From contig NC_042997.1 in NCBI RefSeq assembly GCF_006345805.1, positions 82,088,001 through 82,152,000 on the forward strand: a DNA stretch of 64,000 bases, in the 5' to 3' direction. This document shows positions 27,011 to 40,409 of the stretch, piece by piece. The DNA comes from Octopus sinensis (taxonomy: Eukaryota). The position numbers and the translations under genes are program-made. The notes below the pieces were generated by a model, which worked only from the letters and a program-made list of their open reading frames with translations, made no database searches and was not told the origin of the DNA. Within the stretch, counting starts at the first letter, position 1; each line of letters starts with the position of its first letter.

Positions 27011-27530
27011 AGTATTTTTCTTATCGTCCCCAGTAAACTCAATTCATTGCTATCCTTCTCGAATGAAAGACTTAATTTGAAAAAGTCGGTTTCGCAGAGT
27101 TAGTAGCGTTGTTGCGATGCCAAATTTAATTTCGCTCATCTGACCACCAGAAACTTTTCGTAGAACCGACACTAGTGCTAACATGTCACCATTCTGAATA
27201 TATCTTCAAGACACCAGTGTTGGACATCCTCAGTAGAGGCCAAAAGCACTGCCCTACCTCTAAGTTGTAACACGACAGGCTTTCGGTTAGTCTGTCACTT
27301 AATGCACGCTTCTAACTGACGTTCTTGCAAAAAGAAAAGTTAAAATAAGTTAAATTTAAATTATAAGTGCACACCATAAAGAACAGAAAAAGATTAGATG
27401 TACTTTTTTAGCAACGGTATTAATGGCATATAAATAAATTAACATCAAATAAATATATTGAGATTTCAGGTTTTATGCAAACGCATTTCGAGAACAGTAT
27501 AATATTTTCTGCATTTTCTATTCGTTTCAG

Positions 27531-28286
27531 ATGAAGTTAAAGAAATTGCCAAGAAATCATGTACAGCAGAAAATGTTCAACAGAATAAATTTCATTTCTC
27601 TCATCCAGAGGAAAAAAAATTTATTCAATGTGACGAGTGGGTCACAAAAGGCCTATACATGCGATAGAGAGAATAGCATAATTGGAACTCAACCAACGGT
27701 AAACACCCCGACAACAACCAAATCCACCATTACCAATCCCTGTACCAAGGAGAATATTGACGCCGGTAGATTCTATTTCGCTTATTCAAACGAAAACTTC
27801 TTTATTCATTGTAACAAGTGGGGTGCATATTGTGTAATGCCGTGTGCACCGGGTACAAAATGGTTACAAGTCATCGAGAGCTGCGTTGCAGATGATAGCA
27901 ATGTTAAAACCACGACAACCACCAAATACGACATTACCAATCCCTGTACCAAGGAGAATATTAAAGCCGGTAGAATAATTTTCCCTCATCCAAACAAAAA
28001 TTACGTTATTCGATGTGACCTGTGGGGTAATTACTATGAAATTCCGTGTGCACCGGGTACACAATGGTCACAAAGCGACTATACCTGCATTTAACCAACC
28101 AAGCCGACGACGAGTAAATCCCCTAGTAACAATCCCTGTATGAAGGAGAAAATTGGCTTTGGTAATTTTTTTCCATTATTCAAATAAAAAATGTTCTTTA
28201 TTCAATGTATCTCAGTTGGTATATACTTTGTAATGCCCTGTCGGCAAGGGTCATCGTGGTCAGAAAACTCGATGTCTTGTTCATGA
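27531..28286 (+). pseudogene. Terminal exon of a chitin-binding (CBM14/peritrophin-A-like) multi-repeat protein, disrupted
   Basis: Polypyrimidine tract plus TTTCAG acceptor at 27530; four Cys repeats (C-T-x-EN..F.H/Y..FIxC..WG....PC.PGT.W.Q...C) separated by Thr-rich linkers; repeats 2 and 3 intact (27741-27884, 27945-28088), repeat 1 deleted and frameshifted, repeat 4 after a TAA. Upstream exons not identified. Confidence 0.75.
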
Positions 28287-29858
28287 TAGATAACGACGAA
28301 TTACCTAATTGTAATCCTTTCCAAAATGCTATTTTCTGATCTTTCTAACATCTGAATAGGCGACTAGAAATGCCTGCTTTGTAAAACAATTGTGTGTACT
28401 GATTTTATAGTTTAAATTTAGCTTTTCGTTTTTCTAATGTGAAATGTTTCAAATATTGTTTTGGGTATATTTTACTATCGTAATATTTTGCCAGAGTGTT
28501 TTTCATTATTCTTTTTTTCTCATAACCGAAATATGATATGCTTTTGTTCATTCATGTAACTTTTGTCCTGCGTATTGTATAAAATTCCATAAGTAAATAT
28601 GATCTTCACATGAAAAGTCTTATGGGGCTTATACATTATTACATACTTCGGAACTCTTAAAATATTTTCCGTCTATCTTCACAAAAATGTATTGTTGATG
28701 TCAAAATTTTTAAATATTGTATAATATCTGTTTCTATGAATAAACGATATTTTCCTATATAATTTCTTATTGTTTTCGCTTTATATTTCTAATATAAATA
28801 TATATATATATAAATAACTCGATTAATATCTTTGGAATTTATTAGTAAAAGTCCATACAATTATATGTCTTTCAAAAGTTAGCGATGGTATCACAGAATT
28901 ATATGTGTTGTAGCACCACAATATTTTCAACTTCCTCTTCGACCAAGGAGTAATACATTAATACTTCCTACCCGCAAATCTTAGCTTGTTTACCTTGGAA
29001 GCTGTATGTTTATCTCAACTGCTTCTTCTCTCATTTACATTGATGTCTAGCTGTAAATGATGCCTAGCGATCCCAGTCAATCCAGCCGATTTCAAACATT
29101 TCTTTTCTGGTTTAGATTCGGTATTTTCCTTATTCTATTGTCGGAGGAAACCTGTGCACATAAATTTTGCATACTCTCAAAGATGTTCAGATTGATGCAA
29201 CAGTTGCTCACTTTGAATTTCTCTATGCCGGCGGCTATGGGGAATAGTAGTAAATCGACTATGGAATCTCTACGTAATCTTAAAACTTATCGGAAATAGC
29301 AGAGAAAACCAGAAATTTTGGTTTGGGTCACCAGTTATATTTGGCTGGAAGTAATAAGCAGATTGCTTGTTAAGGGAAACAAAAGTTATTATACAACAGT
29401 AGAGGGGGGAAAGGAAAGAGTTAGTGTCTCTGACAAATAGTGTACTGGTGAGTAAGTTATTGCTAAAGAGATGTAGACTACGGTGGTCTATGTGTAGCAA
29501 TATTTCTAACTCAATATTGTGAGTCACACTTGAGTGCACAACTATCATGCCCGAAAAGCTTTGTGGAACCAGAGTAGAGTGAATAAATAAATACATATAT
29601 GATGTATAATTATGTGTATACACGCACACACGCACACACCCACACACACATATATATATATATATATTTGTATATATGAAGGATGAGTAGAGATGGCTTT
29701 TTGGAGTATAATTTTTATTTTAGTAATAATGTTTAGAGTGAATTACTCTGTAATGAATTTCAAGCTTAACACAGCCGTTTTCAAAATAAAAAATGTTTTA
29801 CTAGTTGCTTAAATAGCAAAAAAATTTAAATAGAAAAATATATACATTTAAAAAAGAT

Positions 29859-30047
29859 GTGAAGAAGAAGAAGAAGAAGAAGAAGAAGAAGAAAGAAGAA
29901 GAAGAAGATGAAGATGATGAAGAGAGAAGAAGAAGAAGAAGAAGAAAGAAGAAGAAGAGAAGAAGAAGAAGAAGAAGAAGAAGAAGAAGAAGAGAAGAAG
30001 AAGAAGAAGAAGAAGAAGAAGAAGAAGAAAGAAGAAGAAGAAAGAAG

Positions 30048-30078
<31 letters not shown>
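29859..30078. repeat. (GAA)n microsatellite
   Basis: Direct reading. Confidence 0.97.
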
Positions 30079-30336
30079 GGGAGACAGAGAGAAAATATAT
30101 TGTAGAAACAAAATTCGACATACCGAGAAAGTAAAAAGATATTGTATTTGAAATACATATTACTGACTCGCAGGAAAGTGTCATCACCTATTCTGCAAGA
30201 AACCTAAGAGAATATGTACATATATATATATATATTTATATATATATATATGTAGGTCCCGGGTTGAGTCGGGGTTAACCACAGTAAATAAGGTACTCAA
30301 TACATGGCAGAGTAAATTAATTTATTTTATAGAAGG

Positions 30337-30387
30337 AGCTTCTACAGGACTAGAACTGTTTCATTCAAATGAAATCATCAGGAAGCT
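30337..30387 (-). ncRNA. Type I hammerhead ribozyme motif
   Basis: Exact reverse complement of 32513-32563. Confidence 0.75.
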
Positions 30388-30534
30388 TGGCGTCAAGAAT
30401 AGTTTTGGCATTTATACATTTAGGCAGATTTGATGGGGTGGTGGTGGGGGACTTTTTTTGCATATGTATATATTTCTGTATGCGTATGTGTATTGGTGTA
30501 TATGTGTATGTATATATGTATATATGTGCGTGTC

Positions 30535-30579
<45 letters not shown>

Positions 30580-30667
30580 ATATGCCTGTAAACATGTGGA
30601 CGGTGTATGTATGTATTTGTGTGCGTGTATGTATGTGTATGTATGTGTATGTGTATATGTATGTATA

Positions 30668-30710
<43 letters not shown>

Positions 30711-30997
30711 GTGTGTATGGGTATATATATGTATAGGTGTGTGTAGGTATGTATGTGTATGTGTATATGTATGAGTGTATATATATGGACTTGTAGTTTT
30801 CTTTATATATGTAGATACATATGTGTGCGTGTAGGTGCGTAGATATGCGTATGTGTATGTATTTATATATATGTATGTATATGCATGGATATATATAGAT
30901 GCATGTGTATGTATATGATGGGTGTTAGCATATATGTGTATGTATTGTATGTGTATATATGTATGTATATGTGTGTGTGTGTGTATGTGTATGTGTA

Positions 30998-31039
<42 letters not shown>

Positions 31040-31044
31040 TATAG

Positions 31045-31081
<37 letters not shown>

Positions 31082-31854
31082 GTATATATATATATATGTA
31101 TATTATATATATATATGTGCGTATATATAAGGACTTGTAGATCTCTGTATGTGTATATATGTATGTATGTTTATGTGTGTAGATATGTATTTGTATGTAC
31201 GTGAACGCATGTGTATGTACGTGCATGTATGTGGATATATGTATGTGTGTAGGTATGTATTTGTAGGTATGCTTTTATGTACACGTGTATGCGCGCATGT
31301 GTGCATATATGTATTTATAAGCATATGCGTGTACATATGCGGGCAGATGTTCATGTGTGTTTATGTGTACTGAAGTACTTTTATATATGTGGTTTTGTGT
31401 GTACTTAGTTATGCATACGTTTATGTGAAAGTGGGTACATTTATGTATGTATGAATATGTGTACCTGCGTGTGTATATGTATGTACATACATATATGTAT
31501 ATATATGTATATATGTATATATGCGCCTGTGTAGAGAGGGATACATTCATAAGTATGAGTGGATGATAAGGCAATGAGCGAGAGAACATATGTGTTTGTG
31601 TATGTGTATGAGTGTGAAGGAAGGGAGAGGGGCGGTAAATGGACTTCATTCAGGCCGGCTAGCACCCCGGGAAGCGGCTACTCCAGCGCCACTAAATGTG
31701 TGTCGGCGAGTGGGGAGGTCATATATTACACCTTCTATGACTCTGATGAGGTCAAAATAAAAGTAAAAATAAAAATTAAAATAAAATAAAATAAGGGAGA
31801 AAAAATGTGTGTGTATATATATGTGCATGTATGCGTGTATGTATGTGTATGTAG

Positions 31855-31890
<36 letters not shown>

Positions 31891-32150
31891 ATGTGTAGGT
31901 GTGTATATATGCATGTGTATATGTATATGTGTGTGTGTGTATGGGTGTGTATATTCCTTTTTTATATATATATATGTGTAGATATATATATGTGCGTGTG
32001 CCTGCATGTTGGCATGTATGTGTATGTGTATCTGTATATGTATGTGTGTATATGTATATGTGCATAGGTATATAAGTGTGTGTGTATGTGTATGTGTATC
32101 TGTGTGTGTGTGCGTGTATACATATGTATATGTGTATAGATGTGTGTATG

Positions 32151-32201
<51 letters not shown>

Positions 32202-32206
32202 GTATG

Positions 32207-32242
<36 letters not shown>

Positions 32243-32265
32243 ATGTATATATATATACATACATA

Positions 32266-32302
<37 letters not shown>

Positions 32303-32512
32303 TATATATATATATAAGCAATAGTCTTCCTATTTACCTAAAACTCTATTCTATTATTCTATTTATTCATTTATCTACTTTATCACTGATTCTTTTGACC
32401 ACTCCCCTAAGAAAGACAGTTTGTGCCCTGCCTACCCCAAAAAAAGTCCCCACCACCACCACCCCATCGAATCTGCCTAAATGTATAAATGCCAAAACTA
32501 TTCTTGACGCCA

Positions 32513-32563
32513 AGCTTCCTGATGATTTCATTTGAATGAAACAGTTCTAGTCCTGTAGAAGCT
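32513..32563 (+). ncRNA. Type I hammerhead ribozyme motif
   Basis: AGCTTC-CTGATGA-T.TTC.ATTT.GAA.T-GAA-ACAG-ttctagtc-CTGT-A-GAAGCT: 6-bp stem I, intact core, 4-bp stem III, GUA cleavage triplet; U.U at the base of stem II is non-canonical. Confidence 0.75.
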
Positions 32564-32567
32564 CCTT

Positions 32568-32745
<178 letters not shown>

Positions 32746-33411
32746 TATAAAGAAAAAATATCGAATTTAACCAAAAATGGGATATAATAAGAAAGGCACA
32801 GCCTTATAAAAATCGTAGGGATGGATGTGAACTTTGTTCTATGGAGACATATGAAATTTTGAAACAGGAATAATATAAACTTAGTGAATAACTGTTCTGA
32901 ACTAGGAGAATCCTGCATACATTGTGCCACCCGCACTTTTAAGTATTTTAAATAATAGCATTCTGACCATTCCTAAATTTTCAAATCTTAATATTGTGTA
33001 ACCAAATAAAGAATCAATATACCATAGTAGCTTTTATTTAACCTGCATAGATTATTAAGAAACTTTATAATATAAGTAAATTTGAATAAAGTGAAATTAG
33101 AATTTTTTGATACTCTCCTATATGGGATTACAAAAATTCTATATATCTTGTGAATTTATTTAGTCCATCTTGATTACCTTCCTTCTATTACTTTTTAATA
33201 TATCTTATAGACTCTTGATATATGTGCTAATTGATACGGTTTTCTTCTTTTTTTTAAAGTTAGTAAATATTATGTCAAGCATATTCGTTTAATTTAACTC
33301 ATTAATAAAATAAATCACTATTTACTAACTAACTCATTAATAAAATAAATCACTATTTACTAACTAACTATGTATCTATATTAATAGATATGGATATATT
33401 TATATATATAT

Positions 33412-33907
33412 ACTAGCAGTATCGCCCGGCGTTGCTCGGGTTTGTAAGGGAAATAACTATATAAGCATTTTTAGAGAGTTACTTCCCTTATAAATTCGGG
33501 CTTTCTTAGCCATTTTTATTTTGGTGTCTTAGAGCCATGAAGTCGTTGTTCTAAAAGAACGCTGGTTTCCTTCACAACGCATTACGACGTTGATTTCTTT
33601 ACACTCCCTTCCCCACAGCTTCACGAGGGAGGGAAGGGGGAGAAGCAAACAGGTGCAGCTGTGAGCGTGGACGCCAACTCCGCCGCCATCGACATACGAT
33701 GCATTTATGCATTAAAATGGAATAAAAAATGATGTTAAATTATTTTTAAAATCGTAGACTCATCGTTGACGCGCGCTAATAGTCAGACGGGCTCGATATG
33801 AATCACGACTATAAGATACCCGAATTTGGTTAAACTGCACCGCAAAATGTGGGAGGAGTTAGGAATCTAAATCGAAGGGGACAGACACTCACACAACTAG
33901 AGTTTTA
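33412..33907 (-). mobile_element. Non-autonomous Helitron derivative
   Basis: Minus-strand 3' end CCCGAGCAACGCCGGG hairpin followed by CTAG-T; shares ~230 bp with 38130-38360. Confidence 0.8.
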
Positions 33908-34529
33908 TATATATATATATATATATATTTATATAAATATGAAATGATTTCTATATTTTCTATCCCTATATAAGATACTAACATTTATTGGAATGCTTTG
34001 GAAAAACTATCTAAGGGATATTTATTTAAAATTCACAAGCGAAATTATGGCTGTTGAATGGTAAGGGTCATTAGAAATCTCAAGAGCATTAGTAGTCTCT
34101 ATTCTCCCTACCCCACTAGCTTCAGCCTACTAACTTTTGCTAAAATACATTCAAATATGCCTAAGTTAAATTCCTCAAAATGAGGATGGATTTATGGCTT
34201 TGACATTCGTACTACCCCTTCTATCTATAAATAGAAAAATTTCTTGTTTGTCTCCATTGAATTAAATGAAGAAACCCCCTCCCCATTGGTAGATCTAAAT
34301 AACAAAGTGAATCAATGATAAAAATCTACAGATGGGGAAGGTCATTCTACTACCATGTTCTTAATGATGAAATTAACCTCTCTGTTTATATATCAACCCT
34401 CTTTGTAATGTTGGCAAATGAAATAAGTATAAAAATGTACATTGTCCATTTAATTAAAATATTCCATATGTGGCTGAAGATTGCTCGACATTTTGAAACC
34501 GATATAATACTTACAGTGTTTAATAAAAT

Positions 34530-35670
34530 GAAGTAGCATGAAACGATTGTACAACACTACCTTGGAAAAGGCAAGAGAATACCAAAAGAAGCTGTACATG
34601 TGTTTCATCGATTACTCCAAAGCCTTTGACAGCATTGATCATGACAAGTTATCAAATGTCTGGAGGAAATGGGAACACCTTTACACCTTGTCCAGCTTAT
34701 TAGATCACTCTATCAAAACCAAGAGGCTACAGTACGGACACCATATGGCGACACTGATTGGTTTGAGATTGGAAAAGGTACTCGGCAAGGTTGCATCCTT
34801 CAACATGTGCGCTGAAAAGGTCATGAGGAATGCAGGCCTGGAGGATAGCAGCATTGGAGTGATGATTTGAGGAAGAAATATTAATAACCTTCGCTATGCA
34901 GATGATACAACCCTGCTGGCGGAGAATGGTAAGGATCTGGAGGATCTTGTCCTACTGGTCAAGAAATAGAGTGAGAAATTTGGGCTGTACCTCAATGTTA
35001 AGAAAACGAAGATCATGTCAACAGCAGCCACAACAAACATCAGCATCAAGATCGACAATGAAGAGATCGACGTGGTTGATGATTTCATCTTCCTTGGCTC
35101 CAAAATAAATCGAGATGGTGACTGCACTCCAGAAATAAGACGGCGGATAGTACTAGGCAGAGAGGCAATGGTCAGCATGGGCAGGGTGGGTCTGGAAGAG
35201 TAGAGACATCAGACTCACTACCAAATGCAGATTGGTGAATGCAATTGTCTTCCCAATAGCAACATATAGATGCGAGACCTGGACACTAAAGAAAGCTGAC
35301 CAGAAGAGAATTAATGTATTCGAGCTTTGGTGTTGGAGAAGACTTTTACAGATTCCGTGGACAACGAGGCTCACCAATGGAGAAGTTCTTAAGCAGATCA
35401 ACCGAAACTGTCGCTAGAAGCTAGGATCACCAAGCATACATTGACATATTTCGGTCATATTATGCGGGGAAAATCACTGGAGAAGGACATCATGCTCGGA
35501 ATGATCAGTGACAAAAGAGGAAGAGGCCGACCAAGAACCCGCTGGCTTGACACCATCAAGAGTGATACCGGAATGGACATAGCCAATCTGAAAGAAGCGG
35601 CCCAGGATAGAACTTACTAGAGGACACTGATCCAGCGAGTAACCGAGAGTCGACTTCGACTGAGCGGATA
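34530..35670 (+). mobile_element. RTE (BovB-like) LINE, 5'-truncated and disrupted
   Basis: YMCFIDYSKAFDSIDH, RYADDTTLLAE, FIFLGSKI, ETWTLKKADQKRINVFELWCWRRLLQIPW and GRPRTRWLD. Confidence 0.9.
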
Positions 35671-35738
35671 GATAGACCTAGGATATCGTTGTTACTTATT
35701 TTGAGTATATATATATATAGATAGATATACATATACAT

Positions 35739-35850
<112 letters not shown>

Positions 35851-36149
35851 TACTGTCCTGTTTTCACTGTCCTGTTTTTGTTACCGGTTTTGATCATCCG
35901 CAAACTCCCAAATTTTATTCAATTTGCTTCGCGGGAGCAACTGCTTTGTCGAAAACGTATCTTGTCATGAATTGCTCGAAATATGAAGTAGAAAAACAGC
36001 CGACAACTGATGAAGGGTCGTATTTTAATGTTACTTACTGTATGGTTAACATTACTGTATGGTTAACACCATATAGTTTTTCTGGTGCATCTAAGTTAAG
36101 TACCACATTCAAGTAATTTCATTGGAATTTACTTGAATCTTAATTGCTT

Positions 36150-36170
36150 TAATTGAATTATATATATATA

Positions 36171-36214
<44 letters not shown>

Positions 36215-36541
36215 ATATACATATATGTATATATATATGTGTGTTTCTGTATATATATGAATGTGTATGTATATGTATATATATATATAAAAGTAAAATA
36301 TATATAAACATATAAATATAAATATATATATATATAATATATATATATATAATATATATTATATATATATAATAATAATTTTAGGGAATGAATCCAAAAT
36401 TACAGGGAAAAATCAGATTTAGGGTTAATCCAATTTTATAGTAAAATTATATTAAAATTTTATGTATTAAGTCTTTCCTTGTTTGGTTTTAAAATAGTGG
36501 TTTTGTCTCGAATTATATGATATATATATATATAATATATA

Positions 36542-36586
<45 letters not shown>

Positions 36587-36773
36587 TATATACATATGTA
36601 TATATATATATATATAATATTATATATATATATAATATATATATATATAATATATATATATATTATATATATGCATGAATACATATACATGTAAATGTAT
36701 ATATACATCTATATATATATATATATACACATGTATATATATACATGTATATATCTATATATATATATATATA

Positions 36774-36864
<91 letters not shown>

Positions 36865-36945
36865 TTCTGTATATATATGAATGTGTATGTATATGTATAT
36901 ATATATATAAAAGTAAAATATATATAAACATATAAATATAAATAT

Positions 36946-36988
<43 letters not shown>

Positions 36989-37147
36989 ATAAATTTTAGG
37001 GAATGAATCCAAAATTACAGGGAAAAATCAGATTTAGGGTTAAATCCAATTTTATAGTAAAATTATATTAAAATTTTATGTATTAAGTCTTTCCTTGTTT
37101 GGTTTTAAAATAGTGGTTTTGTCTCGAATTATATGATATATATATAT

Positions 37148-37201
<54 letters not shown>

Positions 37202-37208
37202 TATATAC

Positions 37209-37249
<41 letters not shown>

Positions 37250-37340
37250 GCATGAATACATATACATGTAAATGTATATATACATCTATATATATATACA
37301 CATGTATATATATACATGTATATATCTATATATACACACA

Positions 37341-37382
<42 letters not shown>

Positions 37383-37500
37383 ATATATATACAGAGAGAG
37401 AGAGAGAGATATAAAACTTACTTGGAAATGGATGCGGAGCGTTCAATCATATAGTAATATAATAAATAATATATAATATATATGCATATACATATATGTA
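36150..37500. repeat. TA-rich block containing a ~616-bp tandem duplication
   Basis: GGGAATGAATCCAAAATTACAGGG.. unit occurs at ~36383 and ~36999. Confidence 0.85.
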
Positions 37501-37521
37501 CATACTTACATATATATGTAT

Positions 37522-38360
37522 ACTAGCAGAATTGCCCGGCGTTGCTCGGGGCTGAATTGCTTGAAAGTACTGTTAATGATTGCACTGAATTATGATGATT
37601 ATTCAGGCAAATATTGATATAAGTTTACGGTGGGAGATAAGGACTTAACGATCAAACGTGTGCCATTGCATTGTTTTGGGGGAACCAAATTTCTGATGAG
37701 CATTATAGGGGCACCAACTTTAAGTTTGAGAAAGTGTGGTGGTAGTCCGGGTTGCTCAAAGGAATTGAGTACCTCTATTGGATAGTTGATGACGTCCTCT
37801 GGGTCAGGAGTTGTATCGATAGACTGATATACATAGACTTCCCCAGGAACGAGTTTAGCATTTCATCATTAATATGGTGAACAGTTTTATTCCTCGGGGC
37901 CAGTATAGCCTTTTTGCCAATCCAATCCATATTCTGATAATTAGCTTGTAGATCTGGGAACACTGCATCTCTAAGATCAGAAGGCGTCTTAACAATGGTA
38001 CAAATGGAATCGATGGCAATATTACCATTTTCATCCCCTGGTATTTTGCCTTCGCCAAGTGCAAGGAGGGTGTGAGGAAATGCTGCTGATGTGATATTAC
38101 GTCGCATATGAGCACGCATATTGGTGTGAAGTTTGAGAGTTACTTCCCTTTATTAAAAAAAATATGCATTAAAATGGAAAAAAATGATGGTAAATTATTT
38201 GTAAAATCATAGACTCATCGTAGACGCGCGCTAATACCCAGAAGGGCTCGATATGAAACACGACTATAAGATACCCAGTTTTTGGTTAAACTGCATTGCA
38301 AAATGTGGGAGTAGTTAGGAATCTAAATCGGAGTAGACAGACACACAACCTTTCTTTTAT
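37522..38360 (-). mobile_element. Helitron deletion derivative carrying a PIF1-like helicase segment
   Basis: NMRAH..LLALGEG..AILAPRN..HIN and YPIEVLNSFEQPGLPPHFLKLKVGAPIMLIRNL..CNGTRL; hairpin plus CTAG 3' end at 37522-37550. Confidence 0.88.
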
Positions 38361-38372
38361 ATATAAATATTT

Positions 38373-39212
38373 TCGTCCTAAAAAACTTTGTATGGATTGA
38401 ATGGTTACCTCTATGGAAATATATACGCGCACATTATACATACATGTGTGTATAGATGAATATATAAATACATTTAAATATCTATATACACTTTTGGGCG
38501 ATCTTTCTTTTTCTTAGAGATAACTTTAGATCTTATATTCGTCCTAAAAAACTTTGTATGGAGTGAAAGGTTACCTCTATGGAAATATATACACACACAT
38601 TATACATACATCTGTGTATAGATGAATATATAAATACATTTAAATATCTATATACACTTTTGGGCGATCTTTCTTTTTCTTAGAGATAACATTAGATCTT
38701 ATATTCGTCCTAAAAAACTTTGTATGGAGTGAAAGGTTACCTCTATGGAAATATATACACACACATTATAAATACATCTGTGTATAGATGAATATATAAA
38801 TACATTTAAATATCTATATACAGTTTTGGGCGATCTTTCTTTTTCTTAGAGATAACATTAGATCTTATTTTCGTCCTAAAAAACTTTGTATGGAGTGAAT
38901 GGTTACCTCTATGGAAATATATACACACACGTTATACATACATGTGTGCATAGATGAATATATAAATACATTTAAATATCTATATACACTTTTGGGTGAT
39001 CTTTCTGCTACTTGTATATACTTTAGATCTTATATTCGTCCTAAAAAACTTTGTATGGAGTGAAAGGTTACCGCTATGGAAATATATACACACACATTAT
39101 ACATACATCTGTGTATAGATGAATATATAAATACATTTAAATATCTATATACACTTTTGGGCGATCTTTCTGCTACTTGAATATAGGTCTTATATTCGTC
39201 GTAAAAAACTTT
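38373..39212. repeat. ~166-bp minisatellite, five copies plus a partial
   Basis: TCGTCCTAAAAAACTTTGTATGG starts at 38373, 38539, 38705, 38871, 39036 and (variant) 39196. Confidence 0.95.
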
Positions 39213-39799
39213 CCTGTCACACACTCACGCACACACACACACACGCATCCTCACACACACACACGCGCACACACACATACACACACACTCACACACACGC
39301 ACACACACACACGTTAGCTTACAATTTTATTTATATATTTGCGTGTCTATGTGTGTAAAGTGGAAGTGGGAATGTAGAGTGAAATAGTCACTCACTACAG
39401 AAAGTGAATTAGTTTCACTTTATTCGTTGCACACTGTGTGTGTGCGTGTGCGTGTGGTGTAAACCACATTAAGAAAAGCATTTGACATACACACCAGAAT
39501 GTGAGTTTTCTGGAAAATTTTGCTTAATTGGAGTTTAAATTTTAAAAACTGGACCTGGCATGACCCGATGCATTCTACACTTAAAAATGCTAGGTAAATT
39601 GTAATTGAAGAAATCCTATATTGTAGATTTCTATAACTGACAAAGGGAGGCAGATAAAATCTGCCTTTTATAATAAGAGATATACATGCATATATGGGCA
39701 CAGGACACCACAGAACGTAAACAACATGAAATACGAAATATGAAAATATGGAATACGAATATATATCGTCAAACATATATATATCGTTAGCTACCACAC

Positions 39800-39970
39800 A
39801 CATTGTTTTCTCTCCTTGATTCTCTCCTTGTTTTTTTTGTGTCCCTTTCTGTAGAAGAGCGTAGGCTCGAAACGTAAAAGACTTTTTCTATTCCTGAGCG
39901 TTATACTAATACATCTGTTTGTTTTGTACACCACCTGTCTTCGTCTTTTGTTTTTTTCGTAAACTCTCCC
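39800..39970 (+). repeat. Penelope-associated interspersed repeat with hammerhead-like motif
   Basis: CTTT-CTGTAGA-A-GAGCGTAGGCTC-GAAACGTA-AAAG..CCTGAGCG; same family as 7200-7480. Confidence 0.55.
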
Positions 39971-40002
<32 letters not shown>

Positions 40003-40008
40003 ATATAT

Positions 40009-40044
<36 letters not shown>

Positions 40045-40045
<1 letters not shown>

Positions 40046-40290
40046 CACAATCAAGGAACGGCCATAATAGGCCATTCACCCACTAGAAATAACAGCCAAA
40101 AGCTTCAACCGCAAAATAACATCAATTCCGTAAACCAGGAGAAAATTAAAAAACATTTACCCTGTAATTTCTTATACGATGCACCGTTTCATCTACTGTT
40201 TAATGGTAAACTAACCTGATTAAATTAAATCAAGCCAATCTACCCAATCTAGTGGGTGAATGGCCTATTATGGCCGTTCCTTGATTGTGA
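40045..40290. mobile_element. MITE with perfect 43-bp terminal inverted repeats
   Basis: TCACAATCAAGGAACGGCCATAATAGGCCATTCACCCACTAGA (40045-40087) and its exact reverse complement (40248-40290). Confidence 0.88.
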
Positions 40291-40409
40291 TGTGAACTTA
40301 GAAATGGTCTATGACTATTTAATTTTTTCCCACTAGGCCGCTGGTGGCAAAAAAATTCTACAAAATTTTTTGCCACCCTATATTGATTAATATATATATA
40401 TATATATAG

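Noticed and set aside
27531-27641. MKLKKLPRNH.. as the true N-terminus of a 187-aa protein
   Set aside because: The ATG sits directly after a splice acceptor, there is no signal peptide, and the alternative frame encodes a recognisable repeat.
31743-31760. CTGATGAGGTC between the two hammerhead arms
   Set aside because: No GAAA, stem II or cleavage triplet in either permutation.
30369-32535. Many long ORFs rich in YI/HT/CV (also 7658-8666, 36129-37476 and duplicates)
   Set aside because: Translations of (TA)n/(CA)n microsatellites, not genes.
35999-36025. GCCGACAACTGATGAAGGG: half hammerhead core and 11-bp match to the Tx1 target
   Set aside because: No downstream GAAA, and the match is too short to support by eye.
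38373-39212. CRISPR-like array
   Set aside because: Whole units are repeated with no unique spacers; eukaryotic context.
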